Shown: positions 10,012-20,389 of the stretch, one piece after another | Position numbering within the stretch: the first letter of the stretch is position 1 | Layout: each line of letters opens with the position of its first letter | Assembly (NCBI GenBank): GCA_046328575.1 | Contig: JAXLWI010000011.1 | Coordinates: forward strand, 1,163 to 65,162 | DNA from: Anaerolineae bacterium | GTDB taxonomy: Bacteria > Chloroflexota > Anaerolineae > Fen-1058 | DNA: 64,000 nt | Direction of reading: 5' to 3' | The notes under the pieces: model-generated | The model's input: the letters and a program-made list of their open reading frames with translations, nothing else | Database searches by the model: none | Told to the model about the DNA's origin: nothing | Program-made: the position numbers and the translations under genes

Positions 10012-11112
10012 GTGATGGATTTGCTGTGGCCGGGATTTCTCGCGCTACTGGGTTTAATCCCGTTATTGGCGATCATCTACATCTGGATGCTGCGCCGCCG
10101 ACGTCGTTCAACCGTGCGCTATTCCAGTTTATCGCTAGTGCGCGCGGCGATGTCAAGCCAATCGCGCTGGAAGCGACACGTGCCGTTCGTGCTCTTTCTG
10201 TTGGCGATGACCAGTCTGGTACTTGCCTTGACTCGCCCGGTGACTGTCGTGAGCGTGCCGACCGATCGCACGACGATCTTACTGTCCATCGACGTATCGC
10301 GCAGTATGTGCTCCACCGACATCGATCCCACGCGGTTGCAAGCGGCACAAGCCGCCGCGCTGTCGTTCATTCAGCGCCAGGGTTCGCGCACTCAGATCGG
10401 TGTCGTGGCGTTCTCAGGTTTTGCCGAGATCATTCAGCCGCCCACCACCGATTCCGAAATGCTGCAGAGCGCCATCGAAAGTCTGGCGACGGGCCGCCGC
10501 ACCGCGATCGGCAGCGGCATCCTTAAAGCGATTGATGCTATTGCCGAAATCGATCCGGCGGTAGCGCCCTCAATCACCAGTTCTCGATCTGACCTCGTCG
10601 TGACGCCCGTACCGCACGGTGCATACGTGCCGGACATCATTGTGCTGCTGACTGATGGTGTGAGTAACGCCGGACCGCTACCGCTTGATGCAGCGCAACA
10701 AGCGGCGGATCGCGGGGTGCGCGTGTACACGATCGGTTTTGGGACGGCCGCCGGATCGCCGTTTCCGCCGTGCGGCCAACGCTTCGTTGGACGTGAGCCG
10801 TTCAATGGAGGCGGCGGACAATTCGGTGGAGGTCAGTTTGGAGGGGGCGGTGGCGGTGGTGGACAGTTCGGCGGCGGCGGTTTTCGACGTGGTATCGATG
10901 AAGAGACGTTGAAGCAAGTGGCCGCGTTGACGGGCGGCGAATACTACTCAGCGGAGAGCGCGGGTGAGTTGAACAACGTCTTTCAGAATCTGCCCACGTA
11001 TCTGATCACGAAACACGAGACAACCGAGATCAGCGTAGTGTTGGCAGCTGTCGGGGCTGTGCTGGCGTTAGCGGCGATCATCTTAGCGCAGTTGTGGCAA
11101 CCGTTGCCGTAA
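10012..11112 (+). CDS. VWA domain membrane protein (BatB-like) with Gly-rich insert
   Basis: N- and C-terminal TM helices, MIDAS DVSRSM, LLTDGVSN. It is a paralog of the previous gene but carries GGGGQFGGGQFGGGGGGGGQFGGGGF. Confidence 0.8.
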   Translation: MMDLLWPGFLALLGLIPLLAIIYIWMLRRRRRSTVRYSSLSLVRAAMSSQSRWKRHVPFVLFLLAMTSLVLALTRPVTVVSVPTDRTTILLSIDVSRSMCSTDIDPTRLQAAQAAALSFIQRQGSRTQIGVVAFSGFAEIIQPPTTDSEMLQSAIESLATGRRTAIGSGILKAIDAIAEIDPAVAPSITSSRSDLVVTPVPHGAYVPDIIVLLTDGVSNAGPLPLDAAQQAADRGVRVYTIGFGTAAGSPFPPCGQRFVGREPFNGGGGQFGGGQFGGGGGGGGQFGGGGFRRGIDEETLKQVAALTGGEYYSAESAGELNNVFQNLPTYLITKHETTEISVVLAAVGAVLALAAIILAQLWQPLP

Positions 11113-11126
11113 CGAGTTTTTAAAGC

Positions 11127-11162
11127 ACCGCGGCTCGATCGGGGACTGGATCGAGCCGCGGT
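11127..11162. terminator. Hairpin between convergent VWA gene and pckA
   Basis: Perfect 14-bp stem accgcggctcgatc / gatcgagccgcggt with an 8-nt loop. U-tracts are weak on both strands. Confidence 0.5.
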
Positions 11163-11183
11163 TTACGGTGAGTGGTTTCGGTC

Positions 11184-12824
11184 CTAAATCTTCGGCCCAG
11201 CCGCGATCACTTCGTCCGGCGTCTGATCTTCGAACTTCTTCATATTCTCCACAAAGCGGCTGGCTAGTTCCTTATACTTGCGCATGTGTTCGTCTTTGCT
11301 CGGCCACGCCTCGGCCGGATCGAGCACGCTGTCCGGTACTTCGGGACAATGAAGTGGAACTTCAAATCCGAACACTGGATCGATGCGGTATTGCTCATTC
11401 AGCAGCACGCCGCTCAGGGCCGCATTCAACAGCGCGCGGGTGTACTTGATGCTGATGCGCTTACCGATGCCGTACGGTCCGCCGACCCAGCCGGTATTGA
11501 CCAGCCAGCAGTTCACGCCATAGTGCTGGATCTTGTGTTTGAGTAGATCGGCATAGACAGCGGGATGATGCACCATGAACGGACCGCCGAAGCAGGCGCT
11601 GAACGTGATCTCCGGTTCATCACGCAAACCCGCCTCTGTGCCCGCAAGCTTGGCGGTGTAGCCGCTGATGAATTGATACAGGGCTTGATCGGGTGTGAGA
11701 TGAGCAATCGGTGGCATGACGCCCGACGCATCGCATGTGAGCAGAATGATGTTCTTAGGCTGCCCGCCGCGCTTCTCGACGATCGCGTTGCCGATGAACT
11801 CCAGCGGATACGAGCCACGCGTATTTTCGGTTAGCGATTCGTCGTCCAGATCGATCTCGCGCGTCACCGGATTGTAAACGACGTTCTCTAAAATCGTGCC
11901 AAAGCGCCGCGTTGTCGCGAAGATTTCAGGCTCGGCGCTTTCCGATAGATTGATGACCTTAGCGTAACAGCCGCCTTCGAAGTTGAAGATGCCGTTGTCG
12001 CTCCAGCCGTGCTCGTCGTCGCCGATCAGGCCACGATTCGGGTCCGCACTTAACGTCGTCTTGCCAGTGCCAGACAGGCCGAAGAACAAGGCCGCATCGC
12101 CGGCTTGGCCGACGTTGGCCGAGCAGTGCATTGGCATTACGCCCTTCAGCGGCATCAAGAAGTTCATGACGGTGAAGACCGACTTCTTGATCTCGCCCGC
12201 ATAAGCCGTATTGCCGATGAGACACACGCGCTGATCGAAATTCAGCACGATGAACGTGTTGGACGCGGTGCCGTCGATGCCGGGTACGCCCTTGAACGAG
12301 GGCAGGGCGATCACGGTGAAGTCGGGCACGTGGCGGCGATATTCGAGCGCGGTCTTGGGTACGAGAAACATATTGCGCGCGAACATGCTGTGCCAGGCGT
12401 ACTCGGTAATGACGCGCACCGGCATTTGATACTCTGGATCGGCGCCGACATAGCAGTCCTGTACGAAGAGATCGTGACCTTGCGCAAAGCCCAGTGCGCG
12501 CGAATACAATTCGTTGAACTTATCGGTGCTGAACGGGCGATTGTATTGCCCCCACCAGATGTGGCCGTCGCTGCTCGGCTCGCGCACGATGAATTTGTCG
12601 TTGGCCGATCGGCCGGTGTGCTTGCCGGTGTTCACGACAATCGCGCCGTGCCGGCTCAACTTGGCTTCGCCGCGAAAGATCATCTCTTCGACTAACGCTT
12701 CCGTCGGCAGGTTCCAGTAGACGAGGCCGGTACTGAAAAAACCGTGATTTTCCAGCCCGTAATCGCTTTTGAGTATGCCAGCCTGCGCGGCGGCGGGTGT
12801 AGGAATTTTGAATAGGTTGTTCAT
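11184..12824 (-). CDS. pckA: Phosphoenolpyruvate carboxykinase (ATP)
   Basis: GLSGTGKTTLS kinase-1a motif, IGDDEHGW, and length and layout typical of ATP-PEPCK. Start moved to the ATG at 12824 (MNNLFKIP) with GGAG upstream. Confidence 0.92.
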   Translation of the reverse strand: MNNLFKIPTPAAAQAGILKSDYGLENHGFFSTGLVYWNLPTEALVEEMIFRGEAKLSRHGAIVVNTGKHTGRSANDKFIVREPSSDGHIWWGQYNRPFSTDKFNELYSRALGFAQGHDLFVQDCYVGADPEYQMPVRVITEYAWHSMFARNMFLVPKTALEYRRHVPDFTVIALPSFKGVPGIDGTASNTFIVLNFDQRVCLIGNTAYAGEIKKSVFTVMNFLMPLKGVMPMHCSANVGQAGDAALFFGLSGTGKTTLSADPNRGLIGDDEHGWSDNGIFNFEGGCYAKVINLSESAEPEIFATTRRFGTILENVVYNPVTREIDLDDESLTENTRGSYPLEFIGNAIVEKRGGQPKNIILLTCDASGVMPPIAHLTPDQALYQFISGYTAKLAGTEAGLRDEPEITFSACFGGPFMVHHPAVYADLLKHKIQHYGVNCWLVNTGWVGGPYGIGKRISIKYTRALLNAALSGVLLNEQYRIDPVFGFEVPLHCPEVPDSVLDPAEAWPSKDEHMRKYKELASRFVENMKKFEDQTPDEVIAAGPKI

Positions 12825-12892
12825 TGAGATCTCCTGTCCACTAAGTGAAGCGATCAAGCCTCTGCTTCTGCTAAATCGCCTTCATCTATGGA

Positions 12893-14110
12893 CTACATCC
12901 AATCCCGCACCAACTTTTTGTCGCCGATGTAGATTTCGCTCGGCGAATTCGGATCGAGCGCCCAGCGAATACGGGCGATGCCTTCCGTCACATCCTTCAC
13001 TGTGCCCGCATAACTCAGGCGGATGTGGCCCTCCATGCCAAAGTCTTTGCCCGGCACCGTCACGACGCGCGCTTTCTTCAGCAGAAAATTGGCTAAGTCT
13101 GTCGAGTTGTTGCTGTACGCACGGAAGTCGGGGAGGCAGTAGAACGTCCCATCGGGCGGCGTACACCGCACGCCGGTGAAGGCGCGGAGTTCGTTCATCA
13201 TCACTTCGCGATTGTTTTCGATTGTCAGGCGCAGCGCTTCGACCACGCTCTGCAGTCCGTTTAGCGCGCCTTCGGCCGCGGCTTGCGACACGAGCGCCGT
13301 GCACGATGTGATCTGGCCTTGCACCTTGGTCATCACTTCCACTAATTGCCGATTGGCGATGCACCACCCAATGCGGAAGCCCGTCATGCCGTAGGCTTTG
13401 GCGATGCCGTTAACGACGATAATCTTGGTCGACTCGACATCCCGATCGGAGAACCTGTAGGCCGGCGTCCACTTGCGCTTGCCGAAGATCAACTTGTGAT
13501 AGATATCGTCCATGATCATGTAGATGTTCTTCTTCTCGCAGAAAGCGACGAGATCGGCGAGGAACGCCTCAGAGAACATGATGCCGGAGGGATTATTCGG
13601 ACTATTGATGATGATCGCCTTGGTTGAGGACGAAACCGCGCGCTCGATGTCGGCCAAGCGCGGATGGAAGGTGCCATCTTCCGGTGTCACAATCACGGGG
13701 ACGCCGCGCACCATCTTGATCATTTCGGGATAACTGACCCAGTATGGGGCCAGCACAATCACTTCGTCGCCAGGGTCGATCAGCGAGAAGAAGATGTTGA
13801 ACAACGACTGCTTGGCGCCAGCGGAAACGATGATGTTTTCAGGCGCAACCAGTTGATCGTAGTTCTCTTCGGTGTAACGCACGATGGCTTTCTTCAACGT
13901 CGGAATGCCATCGGTCGGCGAGTACTTGATGTCGCCGGTGTTGAGCTTGGCGGCGGCACTCAGCAGTGCCGGAAACGGCGTCTTGTTCTTAGGTTCGCCA
14001 ATGCCGAGATGAATGACGGACTCGCCACGCTCGCGCAGTAAGCGCGCCTCTTCATTCATTCTCAGTGTGGGTGACTCTGCGATTGATCTTGCCAGTGAAC
14101 TGATGCTCAT
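12893..14110 (-). CDS. Class I/II pyridoxal-phosphate aminotransferase (aspartate aminotransferase-like)
   Basis: NSPNNPSG, the PLP-lysine context IAKAYGMTGFRIGW, and the C-terminal RLSYA motif. Confidence 0.85.
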   Translation of the reverse strand: MSISSLARSIAESPTLRMNEEARLLRERGESVIHLGIGEPKNKTPFPALLSAAAKLNTGDIKYSPTDGIPTLKKAIVRYTEENYDQLVAPENIIVSAGAKQSLFNIFFSLIDPGDEVIVLAPYWVSYPEMIKMVRGVPVIVTPEDGTFHPRLADIERAVSSSTKAIIINSPNNPSGIMFSEAFLADLVAFCEKKNIYMIMDDIYHKLIFGKRKWTPAYRFSDRDVESTKIIVVNGIAKAYGMTGFRIGWCIANRQLVEVMTKVQGQITSCTALVSQAAAEGALNGLQSVVEALRLTIENNREVMMNELRAFTGVRCTPPDGTFYCLPDFRAYSNNSTDLANFLLKKARVVTVPGKDFGMEGHIRLSYAGTVKDVTEGIARIRWALDPNSPSEIYIGDKKLVRDWM

Positions 14111-14281
14111 ACTCTGCTCCTAAAAAGGTGTAGTGGGGATAGGGTCATGAGGCGAAGCGGTTGCGCGTAGACAGTACGCTATGCCGCCGCTCAATAGGTT
14201 AAGTCAGGCTAGAAAACTATATAGCATTCAAATTGTGAAGTCAATCATTCGGGACAAACAGGGGCATTTCGTCAGTAGTCA

Positions 14282-14905
14282 ATGCGTGTCATTCATAATC
14301 ATCGGCGCTTCACGGCATGCGCGTGTGGTAGAATAATCGCCATGTGTCGTACAGGTTGGGTGCCCTTTATTGGCAATTGGCGCAGTCGATTATTGCGTGA
14401 AGTGCGCGGCAACATTCTGGAAGTTGGGGCGGGAAGTGGGCCGAATCTCGATCATTATCCGAGCGACGCGCATGTAATAGCGACCGAATTTAACGAAGAG
14501 GCGATTCGGTTAGCGCGGCCTCGATCGACCTCTCACATCCGATTGGCCTCTGCCGATATCGAGCGTCTAGCCTTCGCCGACGCAACTTTCGACGCGGCCG
14601 TGGCTACGCTGGTCTTTTGCAGCGTCGAGCGGCCCGTGATTGGCTTTCAGGAAGTGCGTCGTGTACTGAAGCCTGGCGGCAAGTTGTACCTCATCGATCA
14701 CGTGCGCAGCCACCACGTGTGGTTGGCCAAACTGCAAGATCGCCTCAACCCGCGCTGGACGGTGTGGGCGGAAGGCTGCAATCTCAATCGCGATACCGAA
14801 GCCAACGTGCGCGCCGCCGGTCTTGAAATTGAACAACTACGCGTTGACTTCCTTGGCTTAATCAAAACGATGGTGGCGGTTAATTCTAGAAGTAATGGTC
14901 GGTGA
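14282..14905 (+). CDS. Class I SAM-dependent methyltransferase
   Basis: Motif I ILEVGAGSGPNL and post-I/II motifs (VIATEF, VLKPGGKLYLIDH). Start is uncertain (14282 or the ATG at 14342). Confidence 0.7.
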   Translation: MRVIHNHRRFTACACGRIIAMCRTGWVPFIGNWRSRLLREVRGNILEVGAGSGPNLDHYPSDAHVIATEFNEEAIRLARPRSTSHIRLASADIERLAFADATFDAAVATLVFCSVERPVIGFQEVRRVLKPGGKLYLIDHVRSHHVWLAKLQDRLNPRWTVWAEGCNLNRDTEANVRAAGLEIEQLRVDFLGLIKTMVAVNSRSNGR

Positions 14906-15455
14906 GCAGGCTGTGTTTTTCAGTTTCGGCAAACACTTCAAATTAACCTTCATTGAACCCCACTCTTTGTTGCTCGAGCATCAACGATGGTCGGCTTTGC
15001 TGGATTTATTGGGGCTGTGTGGTGTTGGCGTGCTGCTTGGTTTAGTCGTGGTGAACAGTCAGGTTTCGAACCCGGTTGATTGGTTAGGGCAAAGAGCGAC
15101 GGAAGTCATCCGCAACCCGATTGCGGTGTTGTTGTTGATGGTGGCAGTTGGGGTGCTTGCCCAGAGCGTGATTCGTAACCTGCGCGTACTCTTGAAAGGT
15201 TCGCGGGTGTTGTTTGATGCGTCCACGCATCATGTGTTCGTCAATGAGCGTCAGGTTGCAGCGTTTCGCGACGTGACGCGTGTTCGCGTTACAAAAGTGA
15301 AAGGTCGACACTCGTGGTATTACGAACTGTGTGTCGATCTGAAAAATGCACGCTGGCTGGAGATTGATACGCATGGCTGGCCAGCCGACTATGTCGCGGC
15401 CGCCAATGCTATAGCCGCTGTTGTGCGGGCGCGCGTCGAGCAGGATGAGCGATAG
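14895..15455 (+). CDS. Hypothetical membrane protein
   Basis: 186-aa ORF overlapping the previous stop by 11 nt. It has two hydrophobic helices (LLDLLGLCGVGVLLGLVVV, IAVLLLMVAVGVLAQSVI). No recognisable family. Confidence 0.4.
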   Translation: MVGEQAVFFSFGKHFKLTFIEPHSLLLEHQRWSALLDLLGLCGVGVLLGLVVVNSQVSNPVDWLGQRATEVIRNPIAVLLLMVAVGVLAQSVIRNLRVLLKGSRVLFDASTHHVFVNERQVAAFRDVTRVRVTKVKGRHSWYYELCVDLKNARWLEIDTHGWPADYVAAANAIAAVVRARVEQDER

Positions 15456-15461
15456 GCCATT

Positions 15462-16781
15462 ATGAATCGATTGGTTGTCATTGGCGGCGGATTAGCCGGA
15501 ACAGAAGCGGCGTGGCAAGCGGCCGAACGCGGCATTGATGTGACGTTGTATGAAATGCGGCCGTTGCGCAATACGCCCGCCCACGTTACCGATCAACTCG
15601 CCGAGTTGATTTGCTCAAACTCGCTGGGTAGCAACTTGCCGGATCGTGCATCGGGCCTGCTCAAAGCCGAATTGCGATTACTGAACTCGTTCATCATGCG
15701 CTGTGCCGATGAAACCGCGGTGCCGGCCGGTGGTGCGCTCGCCGTCGATCGCGATCGATTTGCGGCGCTAATTACGGAGCGTATCGCGCAGCATCCGCGC
15801 ATCACGTTAGTGCGAGAGGAGGTCCAGGCGATCCCCGAAGGGCCGTGCATTATCGCCAGCGGGCCATTAACCGCCGATAATTTGGCGCGCGATATTGCGC
15901 GCTTGACCAGTCAGCAGCATCTGTACTTCTACGACGCCATCGCGCCGATCGTCGAAGCCGATTCGATCGACATGACGATCGCGTTTCGGCAGTCCCGGTA
16001 CGGGCGTGCCGCCGAAGATGAAACGCCCGGTGATTACATCAATTGCCCGTTTAATCAGGCTGAATATGAAACTTTCATTGAGGCGCTCATCACCGCTGAA
16101 CGGATTGAACTGCGCGAGTTCGAACGCGAAGACGCTAAGTTCTTTGAAGGCTGTTTGCCGATCGAGGTGTTGGCAAAGCGCGGGGTGGAATCGTTGGCCT
16201 TCGGGCCGATGCGGCCAATCGGGTTGCGGGATCCGCGCACAGGCAAGCGCCCGCACGCGGTTGTTCAATTGCGACAGGATAATCTCGCCGGGACGTTGTA
16301 TAACATCGTCGGTTTCCAGACGAATCTGAAATGGCCCGATCAAAAACGGGTCTTTAGCATGATTCCGGGTCTGGCCAATGCTGAGTTTTTGCGATATGGC
16401 ATGATGCATCGCAACACATTCATTAACGCGCCGACGTTGCTCAATGCGACAATGCAATTTCGCGGTCGAGAAGAATTGTTTTTTGCCGGGCAAATCACTG
16501 GCGTGGAGGGTTATATCGGCAACGCGGCGACAGGGTTGGTGGCTGGCTTGAATGCGGTGCGCTTGCTGCGGGATGAGGCGCTGTTGGTGCTGCCGCCGAC
16601 GACGATGCTGGGCGCACTGTGTCACTACATCACGCACGCTGAGCCGAAGGACTTTCAGCCGATGAAGGCCAATTTCGGCATTATGCCTGAGCTGCCGAAT
16701 GCACCGCGCGGCAAACGTGATCGCGCGCGGGCCTACAGTCAACGAGCGCTGAACGACCTTAAGGGGTTTATGAGTGGCTGA
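15462..16781 (+). CDS. trmFO: Methylenetetrahydrofolate--tRNA-(uracil-5-)-methyltransferase
   Basis: FAD-binding N-terminus [36 protein letters not shown], and a length of about 440 aa. Confidence 0.9.
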   Translation: MNRLVVIGGGLAGTEAAWQAAERGIDVTLYEMRPLRNTPAHVTDQLAELICSNSLGSNLPDRASGLLKAELRLLNSFIMRCADETAVPAGGALAVDRDRFAALITERIAQHPRITLVREEVQAIPEGPCIIASGPLTADNLARDIARLTSQQHLYFYDAIAPIVEADSIDMTIAFRQSRYGRAAEDETPGDYINCPFNQAEYETFIEALITAERIELREFEREDAKFFEGCLPIEVLAKRGVESLAFGPMRPIGLRDPRTGKRPHAVVQLRQDNLAGTLYNIVGFQTNLKWPDQKRVFSMIPGLANAEFLRYGMMHRNTFINAPTLLNATMQFRGREELFFAGQITGVEGYIGNAATGLVAGLNAVRLLRDEALLVLPPTTMLGALCHYITHAEPKDFQPMKANFGIMPELPNAPRGKRDRARAYSQRALNDLKGFMSG

Positions 16782-17052
16782 TTCGCGTAGACAGTAAAAC
16801 TACGCCACCAAGTCCAATTTCACTCCTCACCTCTAAAACAAATTAAGCTACGCGAACCTTTCGCGGGGTGAGCGTGATGAAGTGTGAATCCAAATAGAAC
16901 TTCACCAGTTTTAGCGGCCAGCGACGAAAAACAAAATATCAGCGACAAGTGGGGCAGTGGTTCATTGACGGGTCTTTTGAGATGTGGCAGTTGATGGTAG
17001 ACTATGGGGGCAGCCCAGCCAAGTTAGAGTGTATTAGACGCACTCGGATTGT

Positions 17053-18396
17053 TTGGCTGGAGATCACGATATCAAGCACACCATGACGACGACACCACTT
17101 CGCCCGGATGTAGCTCACCGCGCAACATTAGGCCGCTGGCTGCGCATCCAATCAGGCGCCATCAGCGCCGCCTGGCTCGCCTCGATACAAACACGCCGCT
17201 CGTATACAGGCGAAGGTGACGCCTCCGCTATTGCCGAAGGCACTTATTTTCAGTTGTACGACAGCTTGGCTGTGGCCCTTGAAACTGGCCGTTATGCAGC
17301 GCTTGACGATAGCATTGCGCTGCTTACCGAGACCGGCTATGAACAAGGGTATCAACTTAACGATTTGTTGGTGATACTGTCTTCGCTCAAGACCGAGATC
17401 TGGCAGGCGATCATGACCGCCTATCCAGCCGATGAAGCGCTGATGCATTTGCGTTCGCTGGACGCGCTGTTCCAGACCGCGCTTGTTTATCAGGCGCGCG
17501 TGTTCGCCGAGCTGACGCAGCGGGTACTGGCGGTCGAATTAACGCGCACGCGCGAACAATTGGAGAAACTCGATCAAACTAAGAGTCGCTTTATCAGCAT
17601 CGCCGCGCATGAGTTAAAAACGCCACTCACCTTGATTCAGGGCTATTCGGATATGCTGAATCGTGAGTTGGGTGGCTCGGTGAGCGAGCCGATTTATCAG
17701 GCGTTGCAAGGTCTATCGGCGGGCGCGCGCCGCCTGCTGGCGACCGTTAACGATATGATCGCCGTGTCGCTGATCGACGCCCAGTCGCTGCAGTTGAACT
17801 ATCAGTTGGTATCGCTGCCGCATATCCTGCAAATCGTTCTCAACGACCTGCGCGCCAACCTCGATGAGCGCACACTGTACTTCAAGATGAAGGCCATTCC
17901 GCCTGAACTGCGCTCGTTCTACGGTGATCCGCAGCGGTTGTATCAAGTCTTCGATTACGTAATCGGCAACGCGGTTAAATATACACCCGATGGTGGCTCC
18001 ATCACGATTTCGCTACATTTGCTCGACGCGCCGCAGGATGCCGATCGGTTTGTGGAAGTCCGCATTGCTGACTCTGGCATCGGTATTGCGCCGGAAGATC
18101 TGGTGCACATCTTCGAGAAGTTTTACAGCAAGACGGACATTGCCCGCCATTCCAGCAGTCGTACCAAGTTCAAGGGCGGCGGCACTGGCCTCGGCCTGTC
18201 GGTAGTTAAGGGCATTGTCGAAGGGCATGGCGGGCGCATCATCATCGAAAGCCCCGGTTACGACGAAGAGAAACTACCGGGTACGACCGTCCGCATCTTT
18301 TTGCCGGTCCGCTACGATCCACCGCCCGATACAGGCCGCGAACGGTTGGGCCTCACGAGTGATACTCTTGCCCCCAGGCATTTTGGCACGACGTAA
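17053..18396 (+). CDS. Soluble sensor histidine kinase (HisKA + HATPase_c), no adjacent regulator
   Basis: H-box FISIAAHELKTPLT, N-box GNAVKYTP, DSGIGI, GGTGLGLSVV. No TM segment. Start is the TTG at 17053 or the ATG at 17083. Confidence 0.85.
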   Translation: MAGDHDIKHTMTTTPLRPDVAHRATLGRWLRIQSGAISAAWLASIQTRRSYTGEGDASAIAEGTYFQLYDSLAVALETGRYAALDDSIALLTETGYEQGYQLNDLLVILSSLKTEIWQAIMTAYPADEALMHLRSLDALFQTALVYQARVFAELTQRVLAVELTRTREQLEKLDQTKSRFISIAAHELKTPLTLIQGYSDMLNRELGGSVSEPIYQALQGLSAGARRLLATVNDMIAVSLIDAQSLQLNYQLVSLPHILQIVLNDLRANLDERTLYFKMKAIPPELRSFYGDPQRLYQVFDYVIGNAVKYTPDGGSITISLHLLDAPQDADRFVEVRIADSGIGIAPEDLVHIFEKFYSKTDIARHSSSRTKFKGGGTGLGLSVVKGIVEGHGGRIIIESPGYDEEKLPGTTVRIFLPVRYDPPPDTGRERLGLTSDTLAPRHFGTT

Positions 18397-18473
18397 GCCG
18401 TGCCCTGACCATTTCAACTGCCACGTTTTTGTTTGGTATAATCCGCTTGAATCTGCACCCACTGGAGGCTGCG

Positions 18474-18710
18474 ATGATCAATTTATTTGATGCTGGCTCC
18501 GGCGCGCGCGTCGGCCGCATTACCGAAAAACAGTTACAGGCTTTGATCGACTGGATGGAAGAAGAGAACAGCGAAGATCGCGAGTACTATCTTACATCCG
18601 AAGATTGCGAGTTGATGGAAGAGCAGGGTGTTGATCCAACATTGGTTGAAGCCCTGCGCAGTGCGCTCAAAGGGCGCGAAGACATGGATCTGCGGTACGC
18701 GGCCGAATAG
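18474..18710 (+). CDS. Small acidic hypothetical protein
   Basis: Start moved to the ATG at 18474 with GGAGG upstream. TATAAT at 18437-18442. 78 aa, Glu/Asp rich, with no family recognised. Confidence 0.4.
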   Translation: MINLFDAGSGARVGRITEKQLQALIDWMEEENSEDREYYLTSEDCELMEEQGVDPTLVEALRSALKGREDMDLRYAAE

Positions 18711-18721
18711 GCCTTAGCCAC

Positions 18722-20317
18722 ATGCCGTTACTCAACACCAGCATCACCGATGTCGTCGTGTTTTCCGATCGGGCGCGAGTGACCCGACGTGGATCGCTCG
18801 CGCTTGAAGCGGGCGTACACTCAATCGAGATTGCGAACCTGCCGCTGGCGCTCCAACCCGATTCGGTTCGCGCGGCTGGGGGTGGCACAGCGCGTGCTGC
18901 GCTCTTGGGCGTGGAAGTGAAACGCGTTTTCTTTGCCGAGACGCCCGCGGCTGAGATTCAGGCACTTGAGCGGCAGATCGAAGAGTTGACGGCGCAGGAT
19001 AAAGCGCTGGCCGATCAGGCCGAGGCTGCCACCGTACGTGCGGGCTTTGCGCGCGGACTCTCCGACAAAGCTACGGAGCAATTGGCTCGCGGACTGGCCT
19101 TGGGGCGCGCTGAGATCGATCGGGGTGCGGTGCTGATCGACTTCGTGCAGCAGCAGTTGGCGCAGGCTCAATCGGCCTTGCGCGATCTCGCACTCCAACG
19201 TCAAATCCTGCAGCGCCAACTGGCAAAACTCAACAACGACTTGCAGAGTAAGCGCTCCGCGCAGCCACGCGAACGGTATTCGGCTTTTGTCGAAGTGGAA
19301 ATAGCGCAGGCTGGTGAACTGGCCATCGAGTTGACGTACATGGTCACGCAAGCGCATTGGGCCGCGCTGTATGATCTGCGTTTCGATGAAGCTGGTGCGG
19401 CGACTCTGCAGGTGAACTATCTGGGACAAGTCACTCAATCGACGGGCGAAGACTGGCCGAATGTGACGCTGACCCTCTCGACGGCGCGGCCTGCGTTAGC
19501 CACCATCAAGCCTGAGTTGAAGCCGTGGTACATTCAAGAAGTCCCGCCACCGCCCATCATGCCACAGGCGCGCGCCAAAGGCGGGATGGTGTTTGCCGCT
19601 GCGCCGGCACCAGCTGCGCAAACCGATTTATTGGTGGGCGCATTGCCTGACGCCGAACCTTTTCAAGAGATGGCAGCGCCAAGTGCTTCGGTGGAGGGTA
19701 ATGGCGCAACAGTGACGTTTAAGTTGGCGCAAGTTGTTTCGGTGCCCAGCGACAATTCGCCACACAAGGTCAACATCGCCGCGATTAGTCTGTCGCCCAA
19801 ACTCGATTATCTGAGCGTGCCCAAGTTGGCCGAAGCGGCGTACCGGCGGGCCACGATTACCAATCAGAGTAAGTATCTGCTACTGCCGGGACAAGCCAAC
19901 TTGTTTGTCGATGGGGATTTCATCGGTACATTGTCGCTTGAGCGCGTTGCGCCGAATGAAGAATTCGATCTCGCGTTAGGCGTTGATGATCGTGTAGTCG
20001 TGACGCGCGATCTGAAGGCGCGCGAAGTCGATAAGAAAATCATCGGCGACCGCCGCCGCATTCGAGTGGCGTACGAAATTGAAGTGAGCAACTTAAGCGA
20101 ACGCCCGATCGATCTGGAGGTGCGCGATCAACTGCCGGTCAGCCGTCACGAGCAGATCAAAGTGAAATTAGAAGGGACCGATCCCAAACCGATCGAGCAA
20201 ACGGAACTAAACGAACTCGTCTGGAAGTTGTCACTAGCGGCTAAGACCCAACAAATTTGCCGCTTCGACTTCACCATCGAACATCCGGCGGCCATGCAAG
20301 TGATGGGCCTGCCATAA
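18722..20317 (+). CDS. DUF4139/DUF4140 family protein (MuiA-like)
   Basis: N-terminal VVVFSDRARVTR beta segment, a long coiled coil (about aa 80-190), WAALYDLRF, and a C-terminal beta domain. This layout matches my recollection of the DUF4139 family. Confidence 0.55.
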   Translation: MPLLNTSITDVVVFSDRARVTRRGSLALEAGVHSIEIANLPLALQPDSVRAAGGGTARAALLGVEVKRVFFAETPAAEIQALERQIEELTAQDKALADQAEAATVRAGFARGLSDKATEQLARGLALGRAEIDRGAVLIDFVQQQLAQAQSALRDLALQRQILQRQLAKLNNDLQSKRSAQPRERYSAFVEVEIAQAGELAIELTYMVTQAHWAALYDLRFDEAGAATLQVNYLGQVTQSTGEDWPNVTLTLSTARPALATIKPELKPWYIQEVPPPPIMPQARAKGGMVFAAAPAPAAQTDLLVGALPDAEPFQEMAAPSASVEGNGATVTFKLAQVVSVPSDNSPHKVNIAAISLSPKLDYLSVPKLAEAAYRRATITNQSKYLLLPGQANLFVDGDFIGTLSLERVAPNEEFDLALGVDDRVVVTRDLKAREVDKKIIGDRRRIRVAYEIEVSNLSERPIDLEVRDQLPVSRHEQIKVKLEGTDPKPIEQTELNELVWKLSLAAKTQQICRFDFTIEHPAAMQVMGLP

Positions 20318-20389
20318 AGATAGAGGGTTAGCACTATTAGCAAGACACGCGAAGCAATCTCAACTGAAGCGCCGCGTCTGCGGGCGTTT

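Noticed and set aside
14164-14176. Exact 13-mer cgcgtagacagta also present at 16784-16796
   Set aside because: Roughly tens of 13-mer coincidences are expected by chance in 64 kb. The flanks do not align and neither copy sits in a comparable context.
15867-16742. Large antisense ORFs opposite strong genes (for example 15867-16742 vs trmFO, 26863-27654 vs dinB, 38593-39396 vs the nuclease, 12105-12695 vs pckA)
   Set aside because: Each lies opposite a gene with unmistakable family motifs. None has an RBS or a recognisable motif. Open antisense frames are expected at this GC content.
16782-17052. 270-bp gap after trmFO as a possible small RNA (contains ttcgcgtag...ctacgcgaa and other short stems)
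   Set aside because: No promoter-terminator pair or recognisable RNA family motif (SRP, 6S, RNase P, tmRNA or riboswitch cores) could be identified by eye. It is more simply the promoter/5' UTR region of the histidine kinase gene.
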